DNA of 51,668 nt, from assembly GCA_041687695.1 (NCBI GenBank), contig JAWLBL010000002.1:1-51668 (forward strand). The letters run 5' to 3'. Under the pieces are notes generated by a model that was given only the letters and a program-made list of their open reading frames with translations, was not told where the DNA came from and searched no databases. The translations under genes were made by a program, and so were the position numbers. Shown piece after piece: positions 1 through 9,516 of the stretch. Every line of letters starts with the position of its first letter. Position 1 is the stretch's first letter. This stretch comes from Myxococcota bacterium (GTDB lineage: Bacteria; Myxococcota_A; UBA9042; PHBI01; JAWLBL01).

Positions 1-604
1 CGTCCGCCTCCTCTCGGGCGACGCCGTCCTCGACGCGATGGTCTACACCCTCATCAACCCGGTCGAAGCCGGCCTGGTGGAGTCGTACCGAGACTGGCCC
101 GGCCTCCACAGCAGCCCCGCCAGCTGCGCCCGCGCCCCGGTGACCTTCGCGCGCCCCGAGAAGTACTTCGACGCCCACGGTGGCCGCCCCGACGAGGTCC
201 AGCTCACCATCATCGTCCCGCCTCAGTTCTCTCATCTCACGCCCGCCGCCTTCGCCGACCTCCTCTCTCGCCGCGTCGCCCAGGCCGAAGCCGACATCCA
301 CCGCCGCTTCGCAGCGAAGGGCCGCCGCTTCCTCGGCGTCGACAAGGTCCTCCGCACGCCCCGCAACTCCCAGCCCACCTCTTGGGAGAAGCGCCGCGGC
401 ATCAACCCGACCCTCGCCTGCCGCGACCCCGAGGCCCGCCGCCTGCAGCTCGAAGCCGACAAGCTCTGGCTCGACGCCTACACCGCCGCCCTCCTCGCGT
501 GGCGCCAGGGCGACCGCGACACCATCTTCCCTCCCAACACCTGGAAGATGGCACGCCTGCACGGCGCCCGCACCGCGCCGCCCCTCCGCGCCCGCGCCGC
601 CTGA
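1..604 (+). mobile_element. REP-associated tyrosine transposase (RAYT / IS200-like HUH family), 5'-truncated by the window edge
   Basis: The frame is open from base 2. Y-x-x-x-NPVEAGLV...DWPG matches the catalytic-Tyr region of RAYT proteins, followed by a C-terminal extension (GRRFLG...INPTLA...FPPNTW) I associate with deltaproteobacterial members. The HUH motif would lie upstream of the window. Confidence 0.7.
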
Positions 605-819
605 GCGCCCCCGCGGCCCCAGCGCCGCGCCCCCATCCCGCTCTTCCAGGCGTCCGCTCCCCGGTCGCCCGGCCCCCGTCCATCCACTTCCCGATTTCCA
701 GCCGCCCTCCGCCCCCTTCGCACGCCCCAAACAGCCCCTCATCCCCTCCCAGCCCCTCCCCGAGCTGCCCCGAGCACCGCTCGCGCGCCCGCCCCCCGCC
801 TCCCCCGAAACCTCACCCT

Positions 820-857
820 TGGTCCGGTTTCTGGTCCGGTTTCTGGTCCGGTTTCTG
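820..857. repeat. Perfect tandem repeat (TGGTCCGGTTTC)x3
   Basis: Read directly: tggtccggtttc tggtccggtttc tggtccggtttc tg, between the convergent RAYT and kinase genes. Confidence 0.95.
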
Positions 858-902
858 AATGGGCGTGCGATTCGCGGCTGGTGTTTCGCGTGGAGCCTGT
901 CT

Positions 903-3900
903 TCAGGCTGCCGCGTCCTCGTCCTCGTCGCTGCGTTGCACCAGGACGGGGAGGATGACGCTGAGGCGGGCGCCGCCGCCGGGGGCGTCTTCGACCCAGA
1001 TGCGGCCGCCGTGGTGGCGGACGATCTGGCGCGAGATGGCCAGGCCCAGGCCGATGCCAGCGGGGCCGGTGGTGGCCTCGACGCCGCGGTAGAACTTGTC
1101 GAAGACGCGCTCGCGTTCGGCGATGGGGATGCCCGGGCCCTGGTCGACGACGTCGACGCGCACGAAGCGGTCCTGCGAGATGGCGAAGCGCTCGGGCTCG
1201 GGGGCGAGCAGCAGGTCGTCGGCCAGGTCCTCGCGGTCCATGACGGCCACCGGCAGCTCGGCGCGGTCGACGACGCGCGCCTGCACGGAGATACGGCCGC
1301 CTTCGGGGCTGAACTTGATGGCGTTCGACAAGAGGTTGGTCAGCACCTGGATGAGCCGGTCGCGGTTGCCGTAGATGGTCGGCAGGCCCTTGGCCAGATC
1401 GACGTCGACCGTCTGGCGACGCACGTCGCCCACCGGACGCAGCGATGTCACCGTGGTCTCGAGCAGCTCCTTGACCTGCACCGAGACCATCGACCAGGTC
1501 ATCGCCTGCGCCTCGACGTCGCTCATGTCGACCAGGCTGCCGATCATGCGCGACAGCCGCCGCATCTGGTCCGCGATGACGCCGGCGTGCTCCGCGTGCG
1601 CCCCTTCGGTCGTCGTCTGCATGCGCTGCGCGTGCAGCAGCGCGGCCGTCAGCGGCGTCTTCAGCTCGTGCGCGATGGTCTGCAGCAGCTCGGCCTTGCG
1701 CTGCTGGCTGCGGAACAGGCGCGCGTTGTCGATGAGGACCGCCGCCTGCGAGCACAGCGCCTCGAGCAGGGGCAGCCGCTTTCGGTAGGGCACCCGCGGC
1801 GGACGGCGCGAGTCGATGTACAGCAGCCCGACCAGCTCGCGGCCGCGCATCAGCGGGAAGCAGGCCACGGCGTGCAGCCCCAGGACGGCCACGCTCTCGC
1901 TGAGCTGCGCCGGGTCCCGGGCGCCGATGTCGTCCCACGTGATGGGCCGCCGCTCGCCCATGACGCGCTGCATGATGGACCGCGACAGCTGCCGGTCCTC
2001 CTCGGACAGCCCACGCCCGCCGAACCCGCGGCTGACCCGCAGCTTCGGGCGCGCGCCCTCGTCGCACAGGATGATGTGGCCCCGGTCGCCGTCGGCCATC
2101 TCCATCGCCTCGTCGACGATGCGACACAGCAACTCGTCCAGGTCGAGAATGCTGCTCATCTGCCGCGTCACTTCGAGCAACCCGGCCACCAGCGCCAGAT
2201 CCGACTCGTGCCGCGAAAAGGGGATCGTATCGCCGCGGCGGGCGCTCGGCTCGAACCCGATGGTCTCGCGCGCCGCCGGCGACTCCCGCAACGCGCCGAC
2301 GCCCAGCCGCTCGAGCGATGTGCCAGGCTCGGTCGGGATGTCCTCCTCGGCCAGCGCCGCCGCGGCCGCGTTCCGCAGCCCCGAGCCGTGGACCGTGTTG
2401 CCGCTCGCCGGCGCTTCCGGCGCCTCGGCGCCCAGTACGTTCAGCCCGCTGCTCGCATCCGAGCCCAGATCTGAGAACGTATCGCCGCTGACCGGCTCGC
2501 GCCCGACCAGCTGCGCGACCGTGCGCATGTCCCCGACGTCCAGCCCCTTCTGCGCCTGCCGCGCCCGATCCAGCTCGGGCTCGGCCCGCAGCCGCCGGAA
2601 CAGCTTGCGCGCCTTGGGCAGGTCGGCCGCCAACCCCTCTGGCGCCAGCAGCCCCGCCGCCGCCAGCGTCGCCGCCGTGCCCACGACCCGCGCCGCGTCG
2701 TACCCCAGCCCCAGCGCCTCGAACCCCGCGCGCGCGGCCTCCAGCATCGCCTCGGCGTCGTCGGCCCGCCCCGACCGCGCCAGCGCCTCGCCCAACGCCA
2801 GCTGCAGGTGCGGCGCCTCGCTGGCCGCCCCGATCTGCTCGGCCCGCTGCACCAGCCGCTCGGCGTCCACCGCCACATCCGACGGATTGGCGCCCTCGGC
2901 CAGCGCCAGCGCCAACAGCCGCCGCTCGCACTCGAGCACCTCGTCGCGCGCCTCGATGCCGCGCGCCACCTCGAGACACGCGCTCAGGTGCTCGCGCGCC
3001 TCGGCCAGCTGCCCGGTGCGCACGTACAGCTCGCCCAGATTGCCCAGCGCCCGCGCCTCGATCTTCGGCAGCCCGTGCTCGCGCGCCAGCGTCAGCGACT
3101 CCGTCAGCAGCTCGGTCGCCAGCTCGGCCTCGCCCCGGTGCAGCGCGACCAGCCCGATGTTGTTGAGCAGGATCGCCCGCTCGATCGGGTTCCCCGTCCG
3201 GTCCGCGATGTCCAGCGCCGCCCGCCAGTAGTCGCAGGCGCCGTCCCAGTCGTCGCGATGGAACTCGACCATCGCCAGCACGTTCGACAGCTTGCCGATG
3301 CCCGACAGCCAGCCGGCCTGCCGCGCGTGCTCGAGCGCCTCGCGGAAGACCGCGCGCGCCTCGTCGAAGCGGCTGCGGCGATACAGCGCGTTGCCCAGCG
3401 CGCCCAGCGCCTCGGACGCGCCACGGGGCGACCCCAGCGCCGCGTGGGCCGCCGCCGACGCCCGGGCGTCGCGCTCGGCCTCCTCGAGCTCGCCCCGGCA
3501 CCACGCCAGCGTCGCCCGCATCTTCAGCGCGCGCGCCGTGAGCGGCGCGTCCGACAGCGCCTCGGCCGTGCGCAGCGCCTCGTCGACCAGCTTGTCGGCC
3601 TCTTCCAGCCGGTTGACCAGGATGAGGTGGAACGCCAGCGACGCCGCGCTGGAGCCCGCCAGGTCCTGCTGGTCCAGCGATCGCGCCAGCTCGAGCGCCC
3701 GCCGCAGCTCGCGCTCGCCGGCCTCGGCGTCGCCGCGCTCGAAGAGCAGCTCGCCCAACCGCTGACGCGCCAGCGACTCCGCCCGCACCGTGGGCACGTC
3801 GACCAGCCCGCGCGTCGCGCTGTCGATGACGCGCTGCAACCAGTCGCGCGCGACGTCCACGTGCCCGCGGCGCCGCTCGAGGTCGGCCAGCCCCACCGCC

Positions 3901-6323
3901 AGCTCGTGCCAGGTGCGCCGCGCGTCGACGTCGCCCCGCGACGCCAGCGACTGCAGCTGATCCAGCGCGCGCCCCAGGACCCGCGCGGCCCGGTCGACCG
4001 CGCCCCGGCGCTCCAGCTCGCGGGCGGCGGCGGCGGCCACCGACACCGCCGTGGCCATCGCGCCCGAGCCCTCGAGGTGGCGCACGTAGTCCTCGAGGTC
4101 GACCGCCTCTCCGCGGGCCCGGCGCTGCTCGAGCTCGGCGGCCGCCGCGGCGTGCCAGGCCTCGAGGAAGTGCGGCGGGATGCCTTCGACCAGCAGGTCG
4201 CGCACCGCGCGCTGGCGGAAGCGCCAGGCCGAGCGGCTGGCCGGCGCGTCGTTCGCGGCGCCGTAGCTGGCCGCCGCCGGCTCGACCAGCTGCGCGTCGA
4301 CCAGCTCGCGCAGCAGCAGCGACAGGGCGTCGGGGTCGGGCGAGGGGGCCAGCACCGCCGCCAGCAGCGCTTCGTCGAAGCGCTCGCCCAGCAGGGCCGC
4401 CGCGCTCAGCACCCGCCGCTGCAGCGGCTCGAGCGGCGCCACCGCGGCGCGGGCGATCTCGCGCAGGCCGGCCTCGGCGCCCAGCAGCGGCAAGCGGCCG
4501 CCCAGCGGCTCGGCGATGGCCCAGGCGCCCTGTCGCTCGACGATGGCGCCGCTCGCGACGAGCGCCCGCACGACGCGCAGGGCGGCGCCCGGGTTGCCGC
4601 CGCTCTCGGCGTGGACGTGGGCGACCAGCGTGTCGGGGCTGGACACGACGCCCAGCAGCGACTGCACCATCGCCTCGGTCGCCTCGCGGCCCAGGCGCGG
4701 CAGATGCACGATCTCGGGGTCCTCGCCGGCGATGGCCTCGGGCGCGCCCGAGGTGGCGGCGACGACCAGGGCCGGCCCGCCCGCCAGGCGGCTGGCCAGG
4801 CGGCGCAGGGGCAGCTGCCCGCTCGTGCCCAGGGCCAGCGCGGCGTCGACGTCGTCGAGCAGCAGGACCAGCGGCTCGCGGCGCGCCGCTTCGACCGTGG
4901 CGACGGCCAGCGCGTCGGCGGCGTCCAGCAGGCGCTCGGCGAGCGGCGCCTCGGGGCCGCCCCAGCTGGGCAGCGACGCCCCGGGCGACAGGGTCAGCCG
5001 GTCCTTGAGCTCGGCGATGACGCGCGGCGCCGAGAGGCGGTCGATCAGCCGGTCCTGCAGGCCCGCGGTCAGGCGCTTGAGCGGCTCGGTCGGGTTGACG
5101 CACCCGCCGAAGCCGACGGTCAGGCAGTCGCGCCCGGCCAGCTGCAGGCGGACGCGCAGCTCGTCGAGGAAGCGGGTCTTGCCGCTGCCGACCTCGCCCT
5201 GCACGACCAGCAGGCCGCCGGGCTCGGGCAGCGAGGCGGCGCGCGCCAGCACGGCGTCGATGGCCGCCTCCCGTCCGACGAAGCGGGCCCCGCCGGCCAG
5301 GGCGCGGCGCGGGGCGGGGGCGACCACGCTCGAGGCGGCGGTGCGGCCGCCGTCGCTGGGCCGGCGCGGCGGGGCGGTGACGCGCGAGCGCCAGGCGTGC
5401 AGGGCCGAGGTCACCTCGCGCGCGCTGGCGAAGCGATCGCGCGGGGCCTTCTCGAGCAGGCGCAGGGCGATCTCGGCCAGGGCCGTGGGGACCGCGGGGG
5501 CGCGGTCGCGCGGGTCGGGGACGGGCTGCTTGAGGTGGGCGTGCAGGACGGTGGCCAGATCGGGGCCCTCGAAGGGCGGGCGGCCCGTCAGCAGCTCGAA
5601 GAGGACCACGCCGATGGCGTAGAGGTCGGAGCTGGGGTCGGGCGGCTCGTCGCGGATGACCTCGGGCGCCATGTACATCGCGGTGCCGCCGCGCAGCGGG
5701 CGGGCGGCGTCGCGGTCGCCGGCGAGGCCGAAGTCGAGCAGCTTGGGGGCGAACTCGCTGGCGACGGCGGGGGCGACCAGGATGTTCGACGGCTTGATGT
5801 CGCCGTGGACGATGCCGCGGGCGTGGACGAAGTCGAGGGTCTCGAGGACGGCGATGAGGGCCTCGACGGCGACGACGCGCGGCTTGCCTTCGGCGAAGGC
5901 CAGGATGTCCTGGCCGGGGACGACCTCCATGGTGAAGTAGGGGCGCCGGTCGCGCGTGACGCCGAAGTCGTGGACGGCGACGATGCCGGGGTGGCTCAGC
6001 GAGGCGATGAAGCGGAACTCGCTGCCCAGGCGCGTGGCGGTGACGCCGCTGCGCAGCACCTTGAGGGCGACGTCCTCGCGGCGGACGCGGTCGTACACGC
6101 GCCAGACGCGGGACATGCCGCCCGAGCCGAGGGGGGCGCGGACCTCGTAGCGGGCGTCGAGGAGGTCGCCCAGCCCGTCGTCGAGCGGGGCGGCGGCGGG
6201 CGGCTCGGGCGTCGGGCGCGGCGGGGTGGGGGCGGGCGCGGCAGGGTGGGGCGCGACGGCCAGCGCCTCGGGGGGATCCCAGGGGCGGTCGACCTGGAAT
6301 CGGGTGCGCCCGGGAGAGCTCAT
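903..6323 (-). CDS. Hybrid Ser/Thr kinase - P-loop ATPase - TPR - GAF - histidine kinase (about 1806 aa)
   Basis: Kinase motifs LGSGGMS, VALK, HGDIKPSN, DFG, YMAPE, DLYAIG. Walker A GEVGSGKT and Walker B LLLDD. TPR-like helices (ALGALGNALY, ILLNNIGLV, ALGNLGELY). GAF (CFPL...VGLLYID). H-box AHELKTPLT, N-box NLLSNAIKF, DQGPGI, GIGLGLAI. Start placed at ATG 6323, which overlaps the upstream stop (ATGA). Confidence 0.93.
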   Translation of the reverse strand: MSSPGRTRFQVDRPWDPPEALAVAPHPAAPAPTPPRPTPEPPAAAPLDDGLGDLLDARYEVRAPLGSGGMSRVWRVYDRVRREDVALKVLRSGVTATRLGSEFRFIASLSHPGIVAVHDFGVTRDRRPYFTMEVVPGQDILAFAEGKPRVVAVEALIAVLETLDFVHARGIVHGDIKPSNILVAPAVASEFAPKLLDFGLAGDRDAARPLRGGTAMYMAPEVIRDEPPDPSSDLYAIGVVLFELLTGRPPFEGPDLATVLHAHLKQPVPDPRDRAPAVPTALAEIALRLLEKAPRDRFASAREVTSALHAWRSRVTAPPRRPSDGGRTAASSVVAPAPRRALAGGARFVGREAAIDAVLARAASLPEPGGLLVVQGEVGSGKTRFLDELRVRLQLAGRDCLTVGFGGCVNPTEPLKRLTAGLQDRLIDRLSAPRVIAELKDRLTLSPGASLPSWGGPEAPLAERLLDAADALAVATVEAARREPLVLLLDDVDAALALGTSGQLPLRRLASRLAGGPALVVAATSGAPEAIAGEDPEIVHLPRLGREATEAMVQSLLGVVSSPDTLVAHVHAESGGNPGAALRVVRALVASGAIVERQGAWAIAEPLGGRLPLLGAEAGLREIARAAVAPLEPLQRRVLSAAALLGERFDEALLAAVLAPSPDPDALSLLLRELVDAQLVEPAAASYGAANDAPASRSAWRFRQRAVRDLLVEGIPPHFLEAWHAAAAAELEQRRARGEAVDLEDYVRHLEGSGAMATAVSVAAAAARELERRGAVDRAARVLGRALDQLQSLASRGDVDARRTWHELAVGLADLERRRGHVDVARDWLQRVIDSATRGLVDVPTVRAESLARQRLGELLFERGDAEAGERELRRALELARSLDQQDLAGSSAASLAFHLILVNRLEEADKLVDEALRTAEALSDAPLTARALKMRATLAWCRGELEEAERDARASAAAHAALGSPRGASEALGALGNALYRRSRFDEARAVFREALEHARQAGWLSGIGKLSNVLAMVEFHRDDWDGACDYWRAALDIADRTGNPIERAILLNNIGLVALHRGEAELATELLTESLTLAREHGLPKIEARALGNLGELYVRTGQLAEAREHLSACLEVARGIEARDEVLECERRLLALALAEGANPSDVAVDAERLVQRAEQIGAASEAPHLQLALGEALARSGRADDAEAMLEAARAGFEALGLGYDAARVVGTAATLAAAGLLAPEGLAADLPKARKLFRRLRAEPELDRARQAQKGLDVGDMRTVAQLVGREPVSGDTFSDLGSDASSGLNVLGAEAPEAPASGNTVHGSGLRNAAAAALAEEDIPTEPGTSLERLGVGALRESPAARETIGFEPSARRGDTIPFSRHESDLALVAGLLEVTRQMSSILDLDELLCRIVDEAMEMADGDRGHIILCDEGARPKLRVSRGFGGRGLSEEDRQLSRSIMQRVMGERRPITWDDIGARDPAQLSESVAVLGLHAVACFPLMRGRELVGLLYIDSRRPPRVPYRKRLPLLEALCSQAAVLIDNARLFRSQQRKAELLQTIAHELKTPLTAALLHAQRMQTTTEGAHAEHAGVIADQMRRLSRMIGSLVDMSDVEAQAMTWSMVSVQVKELLETTVTSLRPVGDVRRQTVDVDLAKGLPTIYGNRDRLIQVLTNLLSNAIKFSPEGGRISVQARVVDRAELPVAVMDREDLADDLLLAPEPERFAISQDRFVRVDVVDQGPGIPIAERERVFDKFYRGVEATTGPAGIGLGLAISRQIVRHHGGRIWVEDAPGGGARLSVILPVLVQRSDEDEDAAA

Positions 6324-9193
6324 GGGGTCTCCGGCGGGCCGTCGGACACGGCCTGGATGGAGCCCGAGGCGTCGGAGGCGTGGACGGTCGCCATGGCGCC
6401 GGTCGCGAACGGCGCGAGGCCCCACGAGGCGCCGAGCAGGGTCTGCTCGAGGGAGGGCGCGCCGCCAGCGGCCTCTTGCTGCGCGACCTGCCAGGCCTCC
6501 GACCACTGGGCGAACCCGGGGTCGTCCTCGTCGGCGGCGACGGTGAGCGTGAACCCGCCCCAGCTGGCGGCGCCCGTGCCCTCGCGGACGGCCTCGGGGA
6601 AGACGTCGAGGTTGGTCACGAGGCGCTCGCGCGGCGGGCAGGTCGCGTCGCTGTCGCCGATGATGGCGATGCCCGCCTTGCCGATGAGCAGGCCCAGCTG
6701 GGCGGGCGTGGTCGGCTGGTCGTTGAGGAACAGGCTGCCGCCGCGGACGACGACCTGGTCGCCGCCCGGCGGCACCGCCAGGTAGCTGCCGTCGAGGATG
6801 AAGGTGCTGGGCTCGAAGCCGGCGCCGCGGCTGACCACGGGCACCCAGCGGTCGGCGAAGGCGCAGGACTCGGTCATCAGGACGCGGTCGAAGACGATGG
6901 CGGTCGGGGCGCGCTCGCCGGCCATGGCGTAGCTGCGGGCGAACAGCGAGGGCACGGGCGTCCAGTCCTCGAGGTCCTCGGGGACGGTCGCGACCGGGGC
7001 GACGAGGCCGGTCAGCCACGGGTCCTCGCCGCGCGGGGTGGTCAGGGCGCGCTGCTGGATGAACGGCATCAGCGCCTCGGCGTCGACGCCCAGGATGAAG
7101 GTGCTGGGCTCGAAGCCGGCGCCGGTCGCCGAGAACGAGGCGAGGGTGCGGAAGGTGACGCGCTCGAAGCGGGCGAAGCCCAGCGGGACGGTGGCCGTCT
7201 CGGGCAGGGCGTGCATCGGCCCGTCGAGGATGGCGTCGACGCCGAACTCCCACATCGTGCCGGCGTCGGCCGGGGCCGAGGCGAACAGGACGCGGCCGCT
7301 GGCGTCGGTCTCGCCGATGACGTCGTGGCGGGTGTCGCCGCGGAAGTGGGCCAGGACCGTCACGCCTGGCAGCAGGCCGTTGTCGTCATCGATGACCTCG
7401 ACCAGGGCGACCGCGCGGCGGCGGCCGGCGCCGTCCTCGACCAGCGTGAGCACCGGGTTGACGAAGCGGTCAGGGCCGGCCGTGATCTTGGCCTTGGCGG
7501 CCAGCTTGATGGCGCGCGAGGCGTTCACGGCGCCGGCGCCGTGCAGGGTGTCGAAGCCGGCCGCGTCGTCGAAGCCGGGCAGGTGCGCGGCGCCGACCTG
7601 GAGCATCAGCGGGACGTCGGCGGGGTCGGCGCCGGCGCTGAGCATCAGGGCCGCGACGCCGGCGACCTGGACCGTGGCGGCCGACGTGCCGGTGACGAGG
7701 TACCAGCCGTACCCATCGCCCTCGGGGGTCGGGCCCATCGCCGGGATGCCGTCCGGATAGCCGTCCAGGTTGTAGTCGTGGGTCGACGAGCCGCCGGGGC
7801 CGATGACGTCGATGGCGGCGCCGTAGCCCGAGTAGTCGGCGCGGCGGAGCTTGTGGAGCGCGGGCGCGCCGTCGGCGACGTGCTTGATGGCGAGGCGGCC
7901 GGCGCCGACGGAGACGACCGAGCCGAAGGCGGCGGGGTAGGAGACCTCGTTGCCGCCGTGGTTGCCGCTGGCCGCGAGGACGACGATGCCGGCCTGTTGG
8001 GCGGCGGTGATCGCGCTCGACAGCTCGGCGGACGGGATGAAGCCCTCGGGGAAGGCGAGCGACATCGAGATGACGTCGACCTGCTTGGCGATGGCGTGGC
8101 GCAGGCCGGCCGCCAGGGCCGCCTCGGAGCCGACGCGATCGGCGTCGAGGACCTTGATGGGCAGCAGGGTCACGTCGGGCGCGACGCCGGGGAAGGCGCC
8201 GTCGGCGGCGAGGAGGCTGGCCATCAGGGTGCCGTGGCCGTTGTCGTCGGCCGGGTCGTCATCGAGGTTGACGAAGTCGACGCCGGGCAGGACGGGGACG
8301 TGGGCCAGAGCGGGCGCGGCCGGGTAGCCGTCGGCGGCCAGGGTCAGGCCGGTGTCGAGGATGGCGACCACGACCGGGCGGCCCAGCTCGTCCCGGAAGC
8401 GCAGGCCGTCGATGCCCAGGGCATCGCGGTGCCAGGCTTTGGGCCCGCCGGCCGGAGCGGCGGCCGACTTGGGCTTGGGCAGATCGATGCCCGGGCCGTC
8501 GCCGTTGGTCGGGTCCTTCTTCTTGGGGCCCTTGCCGCCGTCCTTGCAGTGCGGGTTGCCCTTGCCCTTGCAGCCGGGGTGGTCGCCGTCGGCGAAGGGG
8601 TCGGCGCCGCCATCGGCGCCGCGGGCGAGCGGATCCCGGCGGACGTCGATCACCTCGGCGGAGGCGCGGAGGTGGGCGGTGGCCTGGCGGACGTCGGCGC
8701 CGGGGCCGAGCTGGATCCAGGCGACGGCGGCCGTGGGCTCGACGTAGACGACGCGGCCGCCGGCCTGCGTGGCCAGCGCGGCGAGCCGGGCGTGGGGGCC
8801 GTCGGGGGCGCCGGCGCGGCCGAGCAGGCCGAAGGTGCCGTAGGCGGCGGGGGCGTCCGCGGCGCCCTCGAGCAGCGCGTCGCCGAGCTGGCGCGCGAAG
8901 CGGGGCTCGAGCGTCGCGATCAGGCGATCGGGCGCCAGGGAGACGCGGCCCATCGCCGCGGGCGCGAGGGCCGTGGAGGCGGTCGCCGTCGGAGCGGGCG
9001 CGGCCGCGGCGGGCGCGGAGACGGGCGTCGCGGCCGATCCCGGCCCCTCACAGGCGGCCAGCGTCAAGGACGCGAGGGCCATGAGGGCAGACGCTCCGAG
9101 CCGGAGCCCCCGTGTCACCACGCCACGCCCCGAGGCCGCGTCGGCCCCCTGGCGGGCGGAAGTCTCTCGGTGGTCTCGTGGACACGTATTCAT
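6320..9193 (-). CDS. S8 (subtilase) serine peptidase, predicted lipoprotein with a long C-terminal extension (about 957 aa)
   Basis: Catalytic triad VAILDTG / NGHGT / GTSAAT, oxyanion ASGN, lipobox LTLAAC. GAGAGGG precedes ATG 9193; the start is uncertain (GTG 9214 or a later GTG are possible). Confidence 0.9.
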   Translation of the reverse strand: MNTCPRDHRETSARQGADAASGRGVVTRGLRLGASALMALASLTLAACEGPGSAATPVSAPAAAAPAPTATASTALAPAAMGRVSLAPDRLIATLEPRFARQLGDALLEGAADAPAAYGTFGLLGRAGAPDGPHARLAALATQAGGRVVYVEPTAAVAWIQLGPGADVRQATAHLRASAEVIDVRRDPLARGADGGADPFADGDHPGCKGKGNPHCKDGGKGPKKKDPTNGDGPGIDLPKPKSAAAPAGGPKAWHRDALGIDGLRFRDELGRPVVVAILDTGLTLAADGYPAAPALAHVPVLPGVDFVNLDDDPADDNGHGTLMASLLAADGAFPGVAPDVTLLPIKVLDADRVGSEAALAAGLRHAIAKQVDVISMSLAFPEGFIPSAELSSAITAAQQAGIVVLAASGNHGGNEVSYPAAFGSVVSVGAGRLAIKHVADGAPALHKLRRADYSGYGAAIDVIGPGGSSTHDYNLDGYPDGIPAMGPTPEGDGYGWYLVTGTSAATVQVAGVAALMLSAGADPADVPLMLQVGAAHLPGFDDAAGFDTLHGAGAVNASRAIKLAAKAKITAGPDRFVNPVLTLVEDGAGRRRAVALVEVIDDDNGLLPGVTVLAHFRGDTRHDVIGETDASGRVLFASAPADAGTMWEFGVDAILDGPMHALPETATVPLGFARFERVTFRTLASFSATGAGFEPSTFILGVDAEALMPFIQQRALTTPRGEDPWLTGLVAPVATVPEDLEDWTPVPSLFARSYAMAGERAPTAIVFDRVLMTESCAFADRWVPVVSRGAGFEPSTFILDGSYLAVPPGGDQVVVRGGSLFLNDQPTTPAQLGLLIGKAGIAIIGDSDATCPPRERLVTNLDVFPEAVREGTGAASWGGFTLTVAADEDDPGFAQWSEAWQVAQQEAAGGAPSLEQTLLGASWGLAPFATGAMATVHASDASGSIQAVSDGPPETP
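6795..7124 (-). repeat. Two identical 33-nt in-frame direct repeats (6795-6827 and 7092-7124) within the GAGFEPSTFIL-coding segments
   Basis: aggatgaaggtgctgggctcgaagccggcgccg occurs twice, 297 nt apart, in the S8 C-terminal region. Confidence 0.95.
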
Positions 9194-9333
9194 GGTCGCA
9201 CCCTCTCTGCTCACTCACAGAGTACCGCATGGGTTGGGGGACCCGTCCGGCCGATCGTGGGCCGCCGCGGCGTGAAGGGCGTAAGTTGCGGATATCAGGT
9301 GGGATTCGGAGTCTGTACGGACCGCGTGGGAGG

Positions 9334-9371
9334 TGTGGCAACATGCCGCACGCCTGTGGCATGCGGCCGCA
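9334..9371. promoter_or_regulatory. Tandem 17-bp imperfect palindromes, probable activator binding sites
   Basis: TGTGGCA-aca-TGCCGCA (9334-9350) and TGTGGCA-tgc-GGCCGCA (9355-9371), 21 bp apart, 140-180 bp upstream of the S8 start. Confidence 0.6.
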
Positions 9372-9516
9372 CCCCCGGTGGGGGATCCCGAGATCGCTGG
9401 CCGAACGCGCGGGCGATCGCGACGGAGGGCCGGCCCGCCGCGAGTGTGCAGAAAGTGCGGAGTGACGCGCCCGCCCTGGCGTCGTGAGCGAACCGGAGCG
9501 CCGTTTGTAACCGGCG

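Noticed and set aside
6324..7253. N-terminal extension of the 2116-aa kinase ORF
   Set aside because: It is Arg/Gly-rich off-frame translation overlapping the S8 gene; the ATGA overlap at 6320-6323 gives a better start.
903..9193. Avs-type antiphage system (STAND ATPase plus protease)
   Set aside because: The protease has a lipoprotein signal and the ATPase protein ends in GAF-His kinase output, which fits signalling better.
9200..9330. Sigma54 -24/-12 promoter for the S8 gene
   Set aside because: Only a GG-N10-GC spacing (CGGCCCACGATCGGC on the minus strand) without the TGGCAC/TTGC context, which is expected by chance at this GC content.
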